Below, piece by piece: positions 49,941 through 53,613 of a stretch of DNA of 53,613 nucleotides. The position numbers and the translations under genes were made by a program. The stretch lies in NCBI GenBank assembly GCA_032718475.1, contig JAUCBJ010008771.1:1-53613 (forward strand), written 5' to 3'. The notes beneath the pieces are model-generated. The model had not been told where the DNA came from, did no database searches, and was given only the letters and a program-made list of their open reading frames with translations. Every line of letters starts with the position of its first letter. Positions within the stretch are counted from its first letter, which is position 1. The DNA is from Nemertoderma westbladi (lineage: Eukaryota > Animalia > Xenacoelomorpha).

Positions 49941-50476
49941 GTAGAAGTAGACAAGGATATTTATTCTTCATTTTGTACATAGGGAAAAATATTTAACAAA
50001 ATTACTTTTTGGTATAAAAAGTCGACTATTCGATTTTGTCAAATTGTCACAGGTAGGATGGAATTAATTTGCTAGGAGTAAATTCTGCTGTCGGCTGGAT
50101 ATTGTATATTTAATAATTTATAATATTTAATAATTCAATAATCCCATTTCCCTAAAAACGTGACTTAGGCCCGTATGATATGACAGCAACGATACCGGTA
50201 TATTTTAAAACTGGTACTTGAAGTATTAGTATACACTTATATGTTTCGCTGGTATTGATATTTTGTTTATCTATTGTATCTATTTAGATATCTTTAGTTA
50301 TCTATTTTGTCTATTTATTTATCTTTATTTATCTATTTTTATTTATTTATCTTATTTTCTTCTTAAGCTATTCCCTTCTTATAAAATTTATGTTATTTAT
50401 ATTTATATGCTCAGTTAATATATATTTTACTTATATACATACATTGAATCACACCTTTTAAGAATTAATGACAAAC

Positions 50477-51130
50477 CTGCATTTGTTCCAATCGGTTTCT
50501 CAAATTGTAAACACTCGTCATAAATTGATTCCATCTGCTCTTGTGATACATAACAACTGTGATATTGAGCATTGGCAATGTATCCTTGAAATTCTTTACC
50601 ATCTTCACGCTTCCCTATATTCAGAGTGTTCTTAGTATCTTCTGTACCTCGAGCTGTTGATGGTGTATCAAACTCCATCTTCTGATGTTCAACATTTCCG
50701 ACTTTCCGACTGTAGAACATCACCTTTTTATCAACTGCATTGACAGCAACAGCAACCATATACCATTCATTAATTTCTACTGCATTAGTCATTGTAAGTC
50801 CTGGTGAAATTCCATTTGCAGCATTAAACATTAGGGTTGTTGCTTTGGGATGTAACCACATAAAGGAACCCTGGGCTGAAGGATTTCCAAATTCAAAAAT
50901 TGGACCAGTTCCCTCAGGTTTTACAAAAGCTACCATAGTAAATGTCTCTGATTGTAACTCTATACCATGTTGTACAGAAACATATCCACTATGAAAATTC
51001 ATTGCCTGGTTATCGACTCCTGTAGGTCCTGGACCAAATGATGGACTTCTTTTGATTATCCCATTTTGTTTTCCCATCTTGTCATTTGCCCCATATTCTA
51101 TGTTTAGGGGCCAGTAAGCTTCATCAATAA
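50477..51130 (-). CDS. LamG/ConA-like domain exon A (654 nt, phase 1-1)
   Basis: Acceptor TTTACAG, donor GTTTGT, open frame. The upstream exons and start codon were not identified in the window. Confidence 0.85.
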
Positions 51131-51199
51131 CTGTAAATATAAATAACAATTGAAATAACAAATGTAGGGTTATCTCTCGACGAGATACAACAATCCCAA

Positions 51200-51970
51200 T
51201 TGCTGGTAATAAAACATGAAGTGTCAGGTGTGATACTTTTCCAGATAAATTTCCCCTTTGGAAAAGAATCAAAGCTTGACAAACTCCCTAATCAGGTGAA
51301 GCCCAATCTTGTACAAAGGACTAGTCTGCACACATGAAGCTGAAACATGCTGGCTGGTCGCACTGTTTGGCGAAATCAGGCAGAACTTTATCCGAGTGCT
51401 ACAAAATGAAGGATGGCATTTGAACATGGCTGAAAGTTCGTGGCAAGGCGGTAGCTTGGAAAGAATTATTTGCTCTTAAAACTCGCCATGTACAAGATTT
51501 TCCCCGCACATAGGAGCTTTAGAGACCAATTTCAACATATAGTTTATCGAGATCTAGGACACGCTTAATTATCGATCATTAACCATTGTGACAGACAAGG
51601 ACCAAAAGATGTCGCTGATACCCACCTACTACTGGTACAGACAGCAAGGGCATTGGTACCCACATCAGTACCCACATCAAGCGACCTGTGCAGTAAGAAG
51701 AACTGGAAGGCCACCCACATACTCATGGAATCATTCTGGGACAACTGGGTGAAATTCTATCTCCCCACTCTCCCTGCTTGGACAAAATGGCACAGGTCAC
51801 ACAGAAACCTGAAATGAGGTGACATGGTTGCTGATGAAGACCTTAGACGCTGCCATTGGTTACAGGTGTAATTGTTAACATACATCCTGCCATGGATGGA
51901 GTGGACAGTATCTGTTAAGATCATGAAAAATGATCTACTTACAAGACCTGACCAGCAAATAGTACTGCTG
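51200..51970 (+). pseudogene. Old BEL/Pao integrase C-terminal remnant
   Basis: Manual translation gives WQGGSLERII and KNWK...SFWDNWVKFYLPTL..WTKW...NL..GDMV..RCHW (DUF5641-like), with stops. Confidence 0.65.
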
Positions 51971-52289
51971 GAGGAAGCCTAATACAGGCATGTAGATTAT
52001 GTCATACCTAAAAAGGTCAAGTAAATAAATAAATAAATAAGATAATTAAATTAATATAATTAGTGACCTATAGTTGCATTAATAACCTGGAATGAAAATA
52101 ATCACTTTAGACACAATGAGAACCATTTTAGTATGTATTTACTGTCCATTTGGGTGGGGTGTTGACTGGTAGTAAAAATTTGACCATGTACTATCAAATT
52201 GCATTCAAATATTTTTCAAACTGAAAAATCTATAATTCCAGAATATTTATGTAATCTCTATATATCTATCTATCTATCTATACACATCT

Positions 52290-52600
52290 CTAACCAGACA
52301 CTATATAATATTGGTCCACCCAAGAAAGCTTGAGACTTGGGCAAAGCTGCCTCCGCTATGCATGACATTGCTTTTGTGGTGAGGACCATTTTGTATACAA
52401 TCTTGTGTTTTGGCTATCTCATGGAGAAAATAAGCAAGATGGACAGCCCGTGCCTTCTTAAGATGCCTCTCAAGGACATCGGCCTTGAAGATACGGATAA
52501 TCTCACGAAAGTCACATGGGTGGTAGGGATTTTGGAGGTGCAATTTTGACGAAAAGCGGCAAAACATTATTAAAGCGGCAAACCGCATTACATCCTGCCA
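52290..52600 (+). mobile_element. RTE-clade LINE 3' fragment (copy 6, degraded)
   Basis: GAGGACCA...TCTTG..TTTGGC...GGACAGCCC...GGCCTTGAAGAT.CGGAT similarity to the other copies. Confidence 0.7.
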
Positions 52601-52689
52601 ATTGTAGATTACATGGTGCTGGGAATATTTTTTTTGTTAGGTCATCCAATGTGCATAAAGTTACCACAAGATAAGGCCGTAAAGCAGAT

Positions 52690-53400
52690 AGGGATAAGGA
52701 TGTACAAGGGAGTAATATAGACGCTTAATATCAGTGAGGGGAAAATAATATGCCTAAGTTTGTAAAAGATCCCAGCCGTACGTTATATCTTTTAAATATT
52801 TAAAATAGTTAATATGTATTTTCCAGGATAATTTTGAATCCAACCAGATTGCGAGAAACTTTGCCACGTCTGTTTGCTTAATATATAGGCCATTTATTGT
52901 TAGCGAACTATTAGAATTACTACCGTTTCCATTACTGAAAAATGTATGCTCGGTTTTTTAACATTACGCGAAAGCGAGTTATCTATAAGCCAATTATTGA
53001 TTTTAATTAGTTCAATATTTGTATTTTTAATAAGATTTTGTATAGATTGATCTTGTGAAAAAAGAGTCGTGTCATCGGCAAATAAAGTGGTAAAGAGAGA
53101 GGAGGCATTTGGAAGGTCGTTGATGTACATGAGGAATAGTAAACAGGATAAAGTGGCGCCTTGAGGGACTCTACAGACAAGTGGCATTACAGATGACAAA
53201 CAATTATCGACTACAGTGACCTGAACACGGTCGGTAAGGTAATCAGTTAATAACATATGTGGAATTCCTCGAATACCGTATGCTTGTAATTTTTTGAATA
53301 AGAAAGAATGATCCAGCTTTTTTAAGATCAATATAAATAGCACAGGAATACAATTTATCTTCTAGTGTTTGATATAATTTTTCAAGCATAGATAGGAGAG
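52690..53400 (-). pseudogene. CR1/L2-group LINE RT fragment
   Basis: DHSFLFKKLQAYGIRG, VPQGATLSCLLFLMYINDL, LFADDT. Confidence 0.85.
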
Positions 53401-53467
53401 CTTGCATCGTTGTTGTTTTAGGATGATGTTTCTGTTAGTACAAAAGATTGGGGGGGGGGGGGGGGGA

Positions 53468-53516
53468 TCTCCCTTATGGCATATCTCACATTATGTGAGA
53501 TATGCCATAAGGGAGA
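53468..53516. repeat. Perfect hairpin (24-bp arms, 1-nt loop)
   Basis: TCTCCCTTATGGCATATCTCACAT-T-ATGTGAGATATGCCATAAGGGAGA. Confidence 0.9.
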
Positions 53517-53613
53517 CCGATTAGATTTGGCTATTTCCTGGGATAAATTTGAACCAACAGTAGAAAAGAATTATTGAATACTTGGGCAATTTGTTTCGGG
53601 TCGGTAAGGGTTT

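Noticed and set aside
50427-51272. ORF-track starts of the LamG ORFs taken as real N-termini or signal peptides
   Set aside because: The extensions are intronic sequence upstream of conserved splice acceptors and are not homologous between copies.

Overview
AT-rich animal (probably invertebrate) genomic DNA with no prokaryotic features. Host content: six ~220-codon exons on the minus strand (51130 down to 18885). Each encodes one ConA-like/Laminin-G-type domain, has phase-1 splice junctions, and shows mosaic sequence sharing with variable loops. One exon is frameshifted by a 5-bp duplication. Most other sequence is nested transposable elements. (1) A young BEL/Pao LTR retrotransposon (9769-15930, 277-bp LTRs, TSD GATTT) sits inside a foldback MITE. 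(2) A young non-autonomous BEL-derived element (26901-39687, 1183-bp LTRs, TSD TGTAC) keeps an open Gag-protease ORF but has lost RT and integrase in frame. It has no tRNA PBS but a possible self-priming site, and carries a decayed zinc-knuckle accessory gene broken by a TTAA element containing a 162-bp tandem array. (3) Element 2 lies inside an inverted repeat whose arms contain tRNA-like sequences. (4) There are also hAT, Tc1, Harbinger and 5-bp-TSD non-autonomous DNA elements, plus RTE, CR1-like and CRE LINE fragments. The first ~9.6 kb is dense in apparent excision scars of the form 5-bp duplication + CAG/CTG, matching a CAG...CTG element with a 5-bp TSD found in the same region. All calls were made by eye, with no database searches.
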